Positions 1 through 12,300 of a stretch of 64,000 bases of DNA are shown here, in pieces (the stretch's first letter is position 1; each line of letters starts with the position of its first letter). Below the pieces are notes generated by a model, which was given only the letters and a program-made list of their open reading frames with translations, made no database searches and was not told where the DNA came from. This stretch comes from Malacoraja senta (Eukaryota): the NCBI GenBank assembly GCA_038087875.1, contig JAXLNO010002386.1, forward strand, positions 434,001-498,000. Reading direction: 5' to 3'. A program made the translations under genes and the position numbers.

Positions 1-67
1 TTTTGTTAGGATGCAAATTCTATGGGAACGCTTTCTCAAAGAGATAGATAATGATGCAGATACAACA

Positions 68-343
68 AACTGCAGATGCTGGTTTGTACCAAAGAGAGTC
101 ACAAAGTGCTGGAGTAACTCAACGGGTCAGAGGTGTTCTACAGCATCTCTGTAGAAAAAGGATGGGTAATGCTGGGTGAAGCTTCAGGTTGGGATCCTTC
201 TTCAGACTGATGTATCGGGTTGGGACCCTTCTTCAGACTAACCCTGCTTGAGACTGAAGTAGGGTCCCGACCCAAAGTGTCATCCAGCCTTTTTCTCCAG
301 AGATGCTGCCAGTCTCGCTGAGTTACTTTAGCACTCTGTGTCT
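68..343. mobile_element. Penelope-derived inverted terminal (palindromic) element
   Basis: AACTGCAGATGCTGG...GTGCTGGAGTAACTC...GACCCTTCTTCAGACT, followed by its degenerate reverse complement. The same module ends the GIY-YIG-bearing fragment at 18480-19370. Confidence 0.7.
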
Positions 344-865
344 AAGGTTGATAATGAGTTGTTCAATCCTGATTTTTTGTGATGTTAATTTCTGCATGTT
401 CACAGGGCAGACTGTGAGAGTAAATAGTTGAAAAACTAGTCTAGCAGGAAATGTGTGGTATTTGAGTAAGTGTGAATGTGGGGCCTCTCCAGTGAGATGA
501 TTGGGGAACTCCCTGACAAAGGGGGATGTGGTGAACAAGTCACCAGGAGGTCATATCAAAGCAGAAGTTAAATGTTACATTGATATTTTTAGTCTGCTCT
601 TGATGTACTGGCATGGTGCAATCCGATTTGGACAACTTACTGAATATTGCAGCTGAAGATGGTATAGATATATAGCATTGGAACAGGCTCTTCAGCCCAC
701 CAAGTCCACGCTGAACAGCTATCACCATACAGTAGCAATATCCTATAGACTAGCAACAATTTATAATTTACCAAACCCTATTAAACTACAAACTGATCTT
801 AGGAGTGTGGGAGGAAGCTGGAGCACCCAGGGAAAACCCACAGGTAGAATGTAAAAACTCCATAT

Positions 866-1342
866 AGACTGATTCCTGGGATAGCAGGACTTTCATATGA
901 AGAAAGACTGGATAGACTTGGCTTGTACTCGCTAGAATTTAGAAGATTGAGGGGGAATCTTATAGAAACTTACAAGATTCTTAAGGGGTTGGACAGGCTA
1001 GATGCAGGAAGATTGTTCCCGATGTTGGGGAAGTCCAGAATAAGGGGTCACAGTTTAAGTATAAGAGGGAAGTCTTTTAGGACCGAGATGAGAAAATCAT
1101 TTTTCACACAGAGAGTGGTGAATCTGTGGAATTCTCTGCCACAGAATGTAGTTGAGGCCAGTTCATTGGCTATATTTAAGAGGGAGTTAGATGTGGCCCT
1201 TGTGGCTAAAGGGATCAGGGGGTATGGAGAGAAGGCAGGTACAGGATACTGAATTGGATGATCAGCCATGATCATATTGAATGGCGGTGCAGGCTCAAAG
1301 GGGCGAATGGCCTACTCCTGCACCTATTTTCTATGTTTCTAT
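866..1342 (+). mobile_element. CR1 (HER1-like) LINE 3' end
   Basis: ORF 923-1252 (YSLEFRRLRGNLIETYKIL...FFTQRVVNLWNSLP) is the CR1 ORF2 C-terminus; CTATGTTT-type tail; very similar to 7650-8112. Confidence 0.9.
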
Positions 1343-1883
1343 GACAGCACCCATGGTCAGGATTGAACCTGGCGGTCTCTTGAGCTGTAAGGCAGTAACT
1401 CTACCGCTGTTCCACCGTGTCACCCTTTTATGGGGGATCATGCAGAAGCCTCCTCGTGGCGATCCACGGAACCGACGACACGATGCACTCTGAGACGCGT
1501 CGGGTGACCAATTCTGTCAACATGTTGGACGACGACAGAAGCCAACAGTGAGCTACACCTTGTCTGACACACGAGCGAATGAACCCTTGTTAGACTAATC
1601 AACTGAAGGTTACGACTTATAAATATGATGTGATGCAACTAATTGAGAGTGCAGTATAGAGAGTGCAGCACAGAAACAAGCCCTTTGACCCATCAAGTCC
1701 ATACTAACTATTTTGGGACCTGATCTCTTTTTATCTTCCTGATATTTCCAATACCTACCCCTCGATTTTACTCTTTAACGACACACGGAGCAATAAATGG
1801 TGGCCTGTGAACCAAATAACTGCCGTGACTTCCCTTTGTGGGCGGAATATCTGAATATCATATTTCCAAATGTTGATCAGTAA

Positions 1884-2180
1884 GGGCGGCACGGTGGGGC
1901 AGCGATAGAGTTGCTGCCTTAAAGTGTCAGAGCCCCGGGTCCGATCCTGACTATGGCTGCTGTCTGTGCGGAGTTTGTACATTCTCCCCATGACCAGTGG
2001 GTTTTCGCCAAGATCTTTGGTTTCCTCCCACACTCCAAAGACGTACAGGTTTGTAGGTTAATAGGCTTGATATAAATGTAAATTGTCCTTCGTGTGTAGG
2101 ATAGTGTTAATGTGCGGGGATCTGTGCGGACTCGTGCTGAAGGGCCTGTTTCCACACTGTATCTCTAAACTAAACTAAAA
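1884..2180 (+). mobile_element. HE1/V-SINE-type tRNA-derived SINE, near full length
   Basis: GGGCGGCACGGTGG head, central GGTTTCCTCCCACACTCCAAAGAC domain, GAAGGGCCTGTTTCC CR1-like tail ending (CTAAA)n. Other copies or fragments: about 672-870(-), 2880-3060(+), 3690-3905(+), 5540-5760(+), 13305-13515(+), 23005-23292(-), 50248-50545(-), 62640-62945(-). Confidence 0.85.
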
Positions 2181-2548
2181 TAATCTAAGTAAGCTTGACA
2201 TTTAGAATCATATACAGCATAGAAACAGGCCCTTCAGCCCAGCTTATCTATGCCAGCCAAGATGCCTCATCTACCCTTGACCCACCTATCTATATTTTAG
2301 CTTAGTTTAATTTATTATTAATGTCACGTGTACTGTTTTGCAGTGAAAATGTTTCTTGTGTGCTATCCAGTCAGTGAAAAAACTACATTACAATGAAGCC
2401 GTTCACAATCTATAGATACACGGTAAATGATATCATGTTTAGTGCAATGTAAATCCAATTGGTGTTTTGCTGATTTCCCTCCAAACCTTTCCTATCCATA
2501 GAAATGTCTATTACTTGACAATAATTGTATTATTTTATTTGTGTCTAG

Positions 2549-2807
2549 GGCCTCACACACTCCTATTACTACACCCTGAACCACGGGAGTACTCATCTAC
2601 CAGAATATAGTGTCGTGGGTGTTCTGGACGGTTGTGAGATACAGTATTATGACAAAAACATGGTCATTACAGTTCCAAGACAGAAATGGATGGCGGCTGC
2701 ATTTGACAGGAATTACTGGGTAACAAATACGGTCTCTGAAACTGGTTTCCATGGAATCATCAAAGGGCAAGTCGATGAATGGATGCGGCGGCAGAACGAA
2801 ACAGCAA
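2549..2807 (+). CDS. MHC class I-like alpha1-domain exon (nonclassical; appears frameshifted near its 5' end)
   Basis: AG acceptor at 2547-2548, GTTAGT donor at 2808 (phase 1). Reads YYYTLNHGSTHLPEYSVVGVLDGCEIQYYDKNM...VPRQKWM...NYWVTNT...MRRQNETA, with the class I G-x-LDG, PRxxWM, YW and N86-type glycosylation motifs. Exon is 259 bp, not a multiple of 3. Confidence 0.85.
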
Positions 2808-4934
2808 GTTAGTTCATTCATTTCTATACATTTGGAGTGTGATCAATGTTCATAAAAAAACATCTCAAAGAAATTTCTCGCTGTGCCAGAAACCCAGGTT
2901 TGATCCTGACTACACGTTCTCCCTGTGACCACAGATATTTCCTCCAGGTGCTCCGGTTTCGTCCCATATCTTGAAAACGAGAGAGTTTGTAGGTTAATTG
3001 GGCTCTGTAAATTACTCTTGTGTGCTGAGAATGGGTGAGAAAGTGGGATTACATAGATGTGTAGGAAGGAACTGAAGATGCTGGTTTACAGCAAAGATAG
3101 GCACAATGTGCTGGAGTAACTCAGCGGGACAGGCAGCATCTCTGGATACAAGGAATGGATGACTTTTCAGGTCAAGACCCTTCCTCAGACAGAGTGTTTC
3201 CCCTGGCTTACTCCAGCATTTTGTGTCCATTTTGGGATAACATAGAACTAGTGTGAAAGATCATCGATGGTTGGCATGGAATTGGTGGGCAGAATGGCCC
3301 ATTTCCATGCTGAGTCACTAATCTAAGAACTGCAGATGCTGCAAATGTGAAATAAAAACCAAAAATGCCATTGTCTGATGGCTTCATTGTCAGTTTATCA
3401 CCATGGAAACCTGTCATTACCTTATCAGTGATACCCGCTATGTCCAACCATGCCTCCCACTCCTGTCTGTAACTTACACATTCTCACAATTCTGAAGCAT
3501 TAATTTTGTTTCTCTTTCCATAGGTTCTGTTGAACCTGCTATGCTTCCAGCATTTTACAAATCATTGAAATGTTGGCGGCTTTTTGAATGGTTAAAATCC
3601 CTTGCGTACCTCACCAATTGTTTTTACTTTTATTGACAAATGTTGAAAGAAAAGTAGTGTGAAATATTTAAAGGATAACCTAAATGGCATTGTGGTTCAG
3701 CCGTAGTGATGCTGCCGTAGTGCCAGAGACCCAGGGTTGATCCTGGCCTCAGGTGCTGTCTGTACAGAGTTTGTACGTACTCCCCGTGACGTGCGTGGGC
3801 TTTTCCCGGGTGCCCCGGTTTCCTCCCACACTCCAAGCCTGTATGCCAAAGCGGATCACTGGTCACTGTGGACTCTAAGGGCTGTTTTCGTGCTATATCT
3901 CTAAATTATCTTGGGCACCAATTGTAAAGTAGGCTGTCCAAATCCGTCTGCACCACACTTGTATATTCATATAATTTGCAATTGGACTTGTTTTATATTG
4001 TAAATCAATAAGTCCTATCACCATTACTGTGTTAATTCAATGACATTCGTAGTGTACCATTGAACAAAGCAGGACTAGGCATGGGGGAACCATCGTGAGG
4101 TGGGGGACAAAGGAGGACCTGGTGTGGGAGACTTTCTAACTTTGTCGGTGCCCTTTATGTGAAGAATCTTGACATACGTTGGGTTTACAAAACAAAGAAT
4201 TTTACTGTGACTTGTCACATGTCACAATAAAGTATCATTCATTCATGATTAATCATTTCTGAAAACATTGCTTTTTGTTACCTCTTTGGTTACACATTAA
4301 ACAAATTATATTATTAATCTTTAACTGGACTAAAACAGGGTGAGGGTACAAACAGGGAACAATACATCAAAATATTATGCACTGGGCATAATTTCTATCA
4401 ATTTCCACATCTTGCAATATTTATTATTATTTTCAAATTATATGTGAATACATGTGAATGACGTTTATTAGATTATCATCTGATTCATAGAACCATGTTT
4501 ATTGAATCATATTGCCTTCAAAAATAAGTTTTTTAATTTGCATTATTTATGGTGCACATATTATCTGCAACATTGTTATGTTTATGAGATTTATGAACAT
4601 ATTGTCGGGGCTCAAGGGTGTGAACAAGAGGGAGAGATTGGGCAAGTCAGGGCTTTATTCCATGGAGCACAAGAGGCTGAGGGGTGTCATATAGGGGTGC
4701 TTAAAATCATGAGGGGAATTGATAGACTGTATGCCCAGAGCCTTTTACCCAGAGAAGGGGAATAAAATAACCAGAGGACATGGGTTTAATGTGAGAGGGG
4801 AAAGATTTAATTGGAACTTGGGACAATCTTTGTGCTCAGAGAGTGGTCAGCATATGGAATGACCTGCCAGAGAATGGAGTTGCGGCAGGAACAATAACAA
4901 TATTTAATAGACACATGGACAGGAACATGCAAAG

Positions 4935-5400
4935 GTAGATAAAAGTGCTGGAGAAACTCAGCGGGTGAGGCAGCATCTATGGAGCGAAGGAAATGGGCAA
5001 CGTTTCGGGCCGAAACCCTTCTTCAGACTGATGTGGGGGTGGGGGTGGGGGGCGCAGGAAGAAGAAAGGAAAAGGTGGAGCCAGTGGGCTGAGGGAGAGC
5101 TGAGAAGGGGAGGAGAATGTAAGGGCTACCTGAAATTAGGGAAGTCAATGTTCATACCGCTGGGGTGTAAACTGCCCAAGCGAAATATGAGGTGCTGCTC
5201 CTCCAATTTACGGTGGTCCTCACTCTGGCCTTGGAGGAGACCGAGGGCAGAAAGGTCGGATTTGGAATGGGAGGGGGGAGTTGAAGTGCTGATCCACCGG
5301 GAGATGAGGTTGGTTGTTGCGAACCGAGCGGAGGCGTTCGGCGAAACGATCGCCAAGCGTGCGCTTGGTCTCACCGATGTAGAGCAGCTGACATCTAGAG
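4935..5400 (-). mobile_element. Penelope-like element 3' fragment (GIY-YIG C-terminus plus terminal module) inserted in a CR1 3' remnant
   Basis: ORF 5126-5428(-) contains DLSALGLLQGQSEDHRKLEEQHLIFRLGSLHPSGMNIDF; terminal CTGAAGAAGGGTTTCGGCCCGAAAC motif at 4995-5030(-). Confidence 0.85.
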
Positions 5401-6309
5401 AGAAACGTTTTGAATGATGTCCACCCATTGCAGGGTAAATGGGACTAGCTTAAATGGGGTATCTTGATTAGCATGGACAAGTTGGGCCAAAGGGCTTGTT
5501 TCCCTGCTGTGTGACTCTCTATGACTGCTTTATAGCAAAGAGCGCTGTTGCCTCACAGCTCCAGTGATCCGGGTTCAATCATCTCCAGTGCAGTCTGTGT
5601 GGAGTATAAGCATTCTCCCTATGACAATGTTTGTTCTCCAGTTTCCTCCCACATACCAAAATGTGCTGAATCAGTAGATTAAGCCACCGCTGCAAATAGG
5701 TGGATTTGTGGCATTGATAGAAATGAGAAAGATCCGTTTTGGGGAAAATTAATGTTGGAATAATTTTGTTCTCTGGGCTAGAGTGGGCTCAGGAGGCTGA
5801 AAGGCCTCTTTCTCTGTCACATGGATTTATGGGCAGTTATTTATCCTTGAATTGCCTTCTTTCTCATTTTAGTCAACAATGTAAAATTGAACTAACTGTC
5901 TGGATTGAACTATTTAACAATTGTAGATGAAAGGAAGAGCAGAGGCTGCTTTCCTCCACACACAAAGTGCTAAGGAACTCAACGGGTCAAGCGGCATCTT
6001 TGGGGAACATGGGAAGGCAGATATTTCGGGTGAGGATCCTACTTCAGACTGAAATTGGGTAACGTTAGAACATGCTTTGTACTCACACTCGCAGTCCAGT
6101 CTTAGTTTTCAAGGATTTTTTGCTATTCACAGCTTGTAGTTGTTACATATTCAGCAGAGAGAAGATGAGACAAACTAAAGCACCTGCAAAGCACAACTAA
6201 AAGACCGCAGAAAGAAGCTTGAAAAGAAGGCTCTTATCTAAACAACGTACTTTCAAGAGAGAGTTAGATTTAGCTCTTAAGGCTAAAGGAATCAAGGGAT
6301 ATGGGGGAA

Positions 6310-8112
6310 AAGATTAGTTAAAACAAATGTAGGTCCCTTGCAGTCAGAAACAGGTGAATTGATCATGGGGAACGAGGACATGGCAGACCAATTGAATAAC
6401 TACTTTGGTTCTGTCTTCACTAAGGAAGACTTAATTAACTACCGGAAATAGCAGGGGACCGGGGGTCAAATGAGATGGAGGAACCGAGTGAAATCCAGGT
6501 TAGCCGGGAAGTGGTGTTAGGTAAATTGAATGGATTAAAGGCCGATAAATCCCCAGGGCCAGATAGACTGCATCTAAGAGTACTTAAGGAAGTAGCCCCA
6601 GAAATAGTGGATGCATTAGTGATAATTTTTCAAAACTCTTTAGATTCTGGAGTAGTTCCTGAGTATTGGAGGGTAGCAAACGTAACCCCACTTTTTAAAA
6701 AGGGAGGGAGAGAGAAAACGGGGAATTACAGACCAGTTAGTCTAACATCAGTAGTGGGGAAACTGCTAGAGTCAGTTATTAAAGATGGGATAGCAGCACA
6801 TTTGGAAAAGGGTGAAATCATTGGACTAAGTCAGCATGGATTTATGAAAGGTAAATCATGTCTGACGAATCTTATAGAATTTTTCGAGGATGTAATTAGC
6901 AGAGTGGATAAGGGAGAACCAGCGGATGTGTTATATCTGGACTTTCAGAAGGCTTTCGACAAGGTCCCACATAAGAGATTAATATACAAACTTAAAGCAC
7001 ATGGTATTGGGGGTTCAGTATTGATGTGGATAGAGAACTGGCTGGCAGACAGGAAGCAAAGAGTAGGAGTAAACGGGTCCTTTTCAGAATGGCAGGCAGT
7101 GACTAGTGGGGTACCGCAAGGCTCAGTGCTGGGACCCCACCTATTTACAATATATATTAATGATTTGGACGAGGGAATTGAATGCAACATCTCCAAGTTT
7201 GCGGATGACACAAAGCTGGGGGGCAGTGTTAGCTGTGAGGAGGGTGCTAGGAGGCTGCAAGGTGACTTGGATAGGCTGGGTGAGTGGGCAAATGCATGGC
7301 AGATGCAGTATAATGTGGATACATGTGAGGTTATCCACTTTGGTGGCAAAAACAGGAAAGTAGACTATTACCTGAATGGTGGCCGATTAGGAAAAGGGGA
7401 GATGCAACGAGACCTGGGTGCCTTGGTACACCAGTCATTGAAAGTAGGCATGCAGGTGCAGCAGGCAGTGAAGAAAGCGAATGGTATGTTAGCATTCATA
7501 GCAAAAGGATTTGAGTATAGGAGCAGGGAGGTTCTACTGCAGTTGTACAGGGTCTTGGTGAGACTACACCTGGAGTATTGTGTACAGTTTTGGTCTCCTA
7601 ATCTGAGGAAGGACATTCTTGCCATAGAGGGAGTACAGAGAAGGTTCACCAGACTGATTCCTGGGATGTCAGGACTTTCATATGAAGAAAGACTGGATAG
7701 ACTCTGCTTGTACTCGCTAGAATTTAGAAGATTGAGGGGGGATCTTATAGAAACTTACAAAATTCTCAAGGGGTTAGACAGGCTAGATGCAGAAAGATTG
7801 TTCCCGATGTTGGGGGAAGTCCAGAACAAGGGGTCAAAGTTTAAGGATAAAGGGGAAATCTTTTAGGACTGAGATGAGAAAAACATTTTTCACACAGAGA
7901 GTGGTGAATCTGTGGAACTCTCTGCCACAGAATGTAGTTGAGGCCCGTTCATTGGCTATATTTAAGAGGGAGTTAGATGTGGCCCTTGTGGCTAAAGGGA
8001 TCAGGGGGTATGGAGAGAAGGCAGGTACAAGATACTGAGTTGGATGATCAGCCATGATCTGGCTCGAATGGCCGAATGGCCTACTCCTGTGACTATGTTT
8101 CTATGTTTCTAT
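6310..8112 (+). mobile_element. 5'-truncated CR1 LINE with RT domain
   Basis: ORF 6475-7866 has [45 protein letters not shown] and [11 protein letters not shown]; frameshifted C-terminus (ORF 7787-8038); (CTATGTTT)n tail. Confidence 0.95.
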
Positions 8113-8812
8113 AATTCAGATTCAGATTCAGATTCAGAAAACTTTATTGTCTGTCGTACAGAAAATCTTCTTTGACGTGGCTCAACATACAAACAGGACA
8201 ATGTACTGATAAGCAGTCATACAACACAGATTTCTGCGAGCACACACCGTGTGTATAGATCTTAAAAGCAAGTATAAACATTAAAAACTGTAAAAATAGA
8301 TAAGATGAAAGTTGTGGATACGTGTAAAGTGACAGTGCGTCAGGGTTAATTTGTCCATTGTTCATTTTTTATTTATGCTGTTTATGGCAATGGGTATGAA
8401 TGAGTTTTTGTGGATGTTTTTCTTAGATAGGGGGACTTTATATTGGCGGCCTGATGGCAGAAGTTGGAAGGACTTGTGCAGGGGGTGGGTGGGATCCTGT
8501 GTAATGAGGTTGGCTTTCCTTTTAACTGCCTGGGTGTGGAGTACTGAGAATTGATTTTGAGTTTTGCCAGTTATTTTGCTTGCTTGATTGATGATCCGGG
8601 AAAGCTTTGATTTGTCTTTGACAGAGGTGAGGGTGAACCAGGATGTGATGTTAAAGGTGAGTACAGATTCTGTAAGTGATTTATAGACAGCTGTTAAAAT
8701 GTCCTGTCTGACATCAAAGCTCCTGAGTTTCCTCAGCAGGAACAGGCGTTGCTGTGCCTTCTTGTACACAGAGTCTGTGTGCTGGGAGAAGGACAGGCGG
8801 TTAGTATACAAT
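8113..8812 (-). mobile_element. Rex1/Babar-like (L2/CR1 group) LINE 3' fragment
   Basis: ORF 8362-8811(-) has KKAQQRLFLLRKLRSF...ESVLTFNITSWF...DPTHPLH...LLPSGRQY; (TCAGAT)n tail at 8113-8137. Confidence 0.8.
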
Positions 8813-9318
8813 TAGTATATAATTAGCTAATTAGTATACAAATTAGCTATTTGTGGTGTTTCTTGAAAACACGAAGACGAGAGAATGTAAAGGATCTGCA
8901 GAACAACTAAATGACTGCAGAAAGCAGCTTGAAAAGAAGGCTCTTCATCTATACAACATCATTATTTTTTATTCAGCTATCATTGTTTGTAGAGTTTCTT
9001 ATTGGAATGAAAACATCATCCAAGTTTTGACCCTTCCTTATTACGCCTGGTCCCAGGGGCATGGTTGGCATTAGCTCATTACCTTCATCGTAATAAAGAG
9101 TTGTTGTTCACAGTTGTGCCTAGGTTTTTATCAATTATAACCTTGAGTTCACAAACTGTTCTTTGTCTCTGGGCTTAAGTTCACAGACTCTCCTTTTCAA
9201 GGAGTGAGCAGTTTTAAGCAAACTGACTTCAGCAAATCTTTACAAATTCCATCAACCCCCCCCCCCCCCCCACTTTGATTCATCAATCAATGCCAGAGGG
9301 AATGAATCATCTAAGTAA

Positions 9319-12300
9319 AGGGGCCTGTCCCACTTGCGTGTTCTTGCGTGTTCTTGGAACGCAAATTACGCGTTGAGCCACGATGGTCCGGCGAAGGTCG
9401 GGCGCGATTACATGCGTACGCACAGCCGTCTGGAGCGCGTGACGTTATTTGCAGATGGACACGAAGCTGGAGTAACTCAGCGGGACCGGCAGCATCTCTG
9501 GAGAGAAGCAATGGGTGATGTTTCGTGTCGAGACTCTTCTTCAGTCTGAAAAGAAGGGTCTTGACCCGAAACATCACCCATTGCTTCTCTCCAGAGATGC
9601 TGCCGGTCCCACTGAGTGACTCCAGCATTTTGTGTCTATCTTCAATTTTCTTGGCCCCGCTCTTTTTTTTTTTTTTTCCGTAAATGTTTTTTTTATTAGA
9701 TTTTTAAACAAATGTACAATTTACAAGGAAGGGTAGAAAGCTCACACAATTTAAAAAACATTTACACAAAACTATCAAATTAAAATATTAACATTTTTAT
9801 CTATAATATATTCAACCTGCGGTGACCAGCGTTCACAGAAGGCCTCCACAGTCCCCGTGGACACCGCGTGTTCCCTCTCTAGGGACACGCGGGCACGGAC
9901 GTAACCCTGGAACCCTGGAAAAGGGGCAGGCAGCCGACCACTGTGCAGCCATCGACCGCCCGCTGCCTGGACCCGCGAATGGCCATCTTGGCCAGGCCCA
10001 GGAGCAGTCCGACAGGGAGACCCCCTCCTCCCTCCCGACCCTCCCCCCTCTGTACCGGGTGCCCATAGATTAATAGCGTTGGACTAAAATGTAGCCAAAA
10101 CTTGAGGAGCAGCCCTTTCAGATACTCGAACAGGGGCTGCAACCTCTCGCACTCTATATACACGTGGAACACGGTCTCTTCCTCACCGCAGAAATGACAC
10201 GCAGGGGAAGAGTCCGTGAACCGGCTCAAGTACCTATTACAGGCCACGGCTTTGTGCAAAACTCTCCACCCCAGGTCCCCGATGTAAAGGGGGAGGACTC
10301 CCTTGTAGAGAAACCTCCACTGGGGACCGCTCCCCTCGTCAGGTGGTAACACGGACCGCCAGGGTGTGTCTGGACGGAAGACGAGAGCGAGGAAGTGGAG
10401 AGTGTGCAAGAGCAGCCTGTACAGTACACGCCTCTCCGCGCCACGGAATGGCACACTGGGCATCTCAGAAAGGCGGCTCATGTTGCATGGGGCCGGCTCT
10501 CGGGGAGGGTCCCGGGCCATGGGCCCTATGAACAATTCCGACTGAGCGGGGGTAAGCTCGTCCGGAATCGCTCCATGCACACGCCTCTCCTCGACACCCA
10601 CCGTCACAGCCACGACACCCCCCTCCCCCTGAGGAGCAGGGCCCTGGCTGAAGTTGACCAAATTCCTAGCCTTCAGGAGTTCACGGTAAAAGCCAGGCAA
10701 CTCCCGCCTAGCGCGTCGACTCATGCCCGCTACCGGGAGCCGGGAGCCGGGAGCCCTCCTAAAGGCACCTCCCCTGACGGAAAAAGTACGTCGCCAGCAC
10801 GTGCCATTTAGGAGGGTAGTCCGAGTAGACGTACCTCCGCAGGGTCCTGAGTCGGAGAGCCGCCACCTGGGTACGAATACAGACCAGCGCCTGACCACCC
10901 TCCTCCAACGGGAGACTCAGAACCCCAGCAGAGACCCAGTGGTTCCTCTCCCCCCAGAAGAAGTTGACCAATCTCCTCTGTAACATGGTTATAAAATAAG
11001 AGGATGGGACCATAGTGGCCATCCGGTACCACAGCAGAGAGGCCACCAGCTGATTTATAACTACAGCCCTTCCCCGGTAAGAGAGCACACCAAGTAGGCC
11101 TGACCAACGTCCAAGCCGGGCGACCACTTTCGCCTCCAGCTCCTGCCAGTTCGCCGGCCACCCCTCCTCAGCGGGACTCAGGTAGACCCCCAGATAGAGG
11201 AGGTGCGTGGTACTCCACGCAAAACCTGCCATCTCCTCCGGCAGGGAGCCCACCTGCCACCCACCCACCAAGAGACCAGAACACTTCCCCCAGTTGATCC
11301 TGGCGGAAGATGCAGCTGAGAAAACCTGCTGGCACTCACACATCCTCCGCAGGTCAACAGGGTCGGTGAACATCAGAAGGACATCATCGGCGTAGGCCGA
11401 GAGAACCACCTCCATCCCTGGCCCCGGTAAAGCCAGGCCTGTCAACCTCCTCCGGAGAAGGCACAGGAAAGGCTCGACACAGATGGAATACAGCTGGCCG
11501 GACATGGGACATCCCTGACGAACCCCCCTCCCAAAGGGAATGGGGGCCAACAAAGAGCCGTTGACCTTAACAAGGCATTCTGCAGCAGTATATAACAGTC
11601 GGACCCAGGCCACAAAATGCGGTCCAAATCCGAACACCTGCAGAGTCCCAAGAAGGTAGTCGTGCTCCACCCTGTCAAACGCCTTCTCCTGGTCGAGGGG
11701 GAGAAAGGCGACCGACTGACCAGCCCCCTGGGACAGATGGATCAGGTCCTGGAGCAGATGGATATTGTCCTGGATGGACCGGCCCGGGACTGTGTACGAC
11801 TGGTCAGGGTGGATCACCTGGGACAGCACGGGACCCAGGCGATTCGCCAATGCCCGTGCAAAGACTTTATAGTCCGTGCTGAGGAGAGAGACCGGGCGCC
11901 AGTTCTTCAAAAGGCGAAGATCACCCTTCTTGGGCAGCAGCACAACAACTGCCCTGCGCCAAGAGAAAGGCATCTCCCCGGTCGCCAGGCTCTCCCCCAG
12001 GACCTTCATATAGTCGCCCCCCAGGAGGATGGGACCATAGTGGCCATCCGGTACCACAACTCCCTAATCAGTAGTTTATATCCAAAGCAGTCTTTCTGCT
12101 GTTGCTGCACCTCCACTCTTTTCCAGCAGTTAAATAGTCTTGTGAAGGCTTTCTTGGTAAGCAACAGAAGCAGTCTCCTCCTGATAAGATAGGAATGTCC
12201 GTGCCAATCCTCCCCGTCGTCAAAAATGGAGCTTCCTTATGCTTCTTCCCCGGCTTCAACGAAATCCAAGGCACTGTTGCCGTTCTTACCCAGCCCACCT

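Noticed and set aside
1884-1960. tRNA-like A/B-box sequences
   Set aside because: These are heads of HE1-type SINEs; no complete cloverleaf.
1-2548. Leader (signal peptide) exon of the class I-like gene
   Set aside because: No ATG plus hydrophobic stretch plus phase-1 donor could be supported; it probably lies upstream of the window or has been lost.
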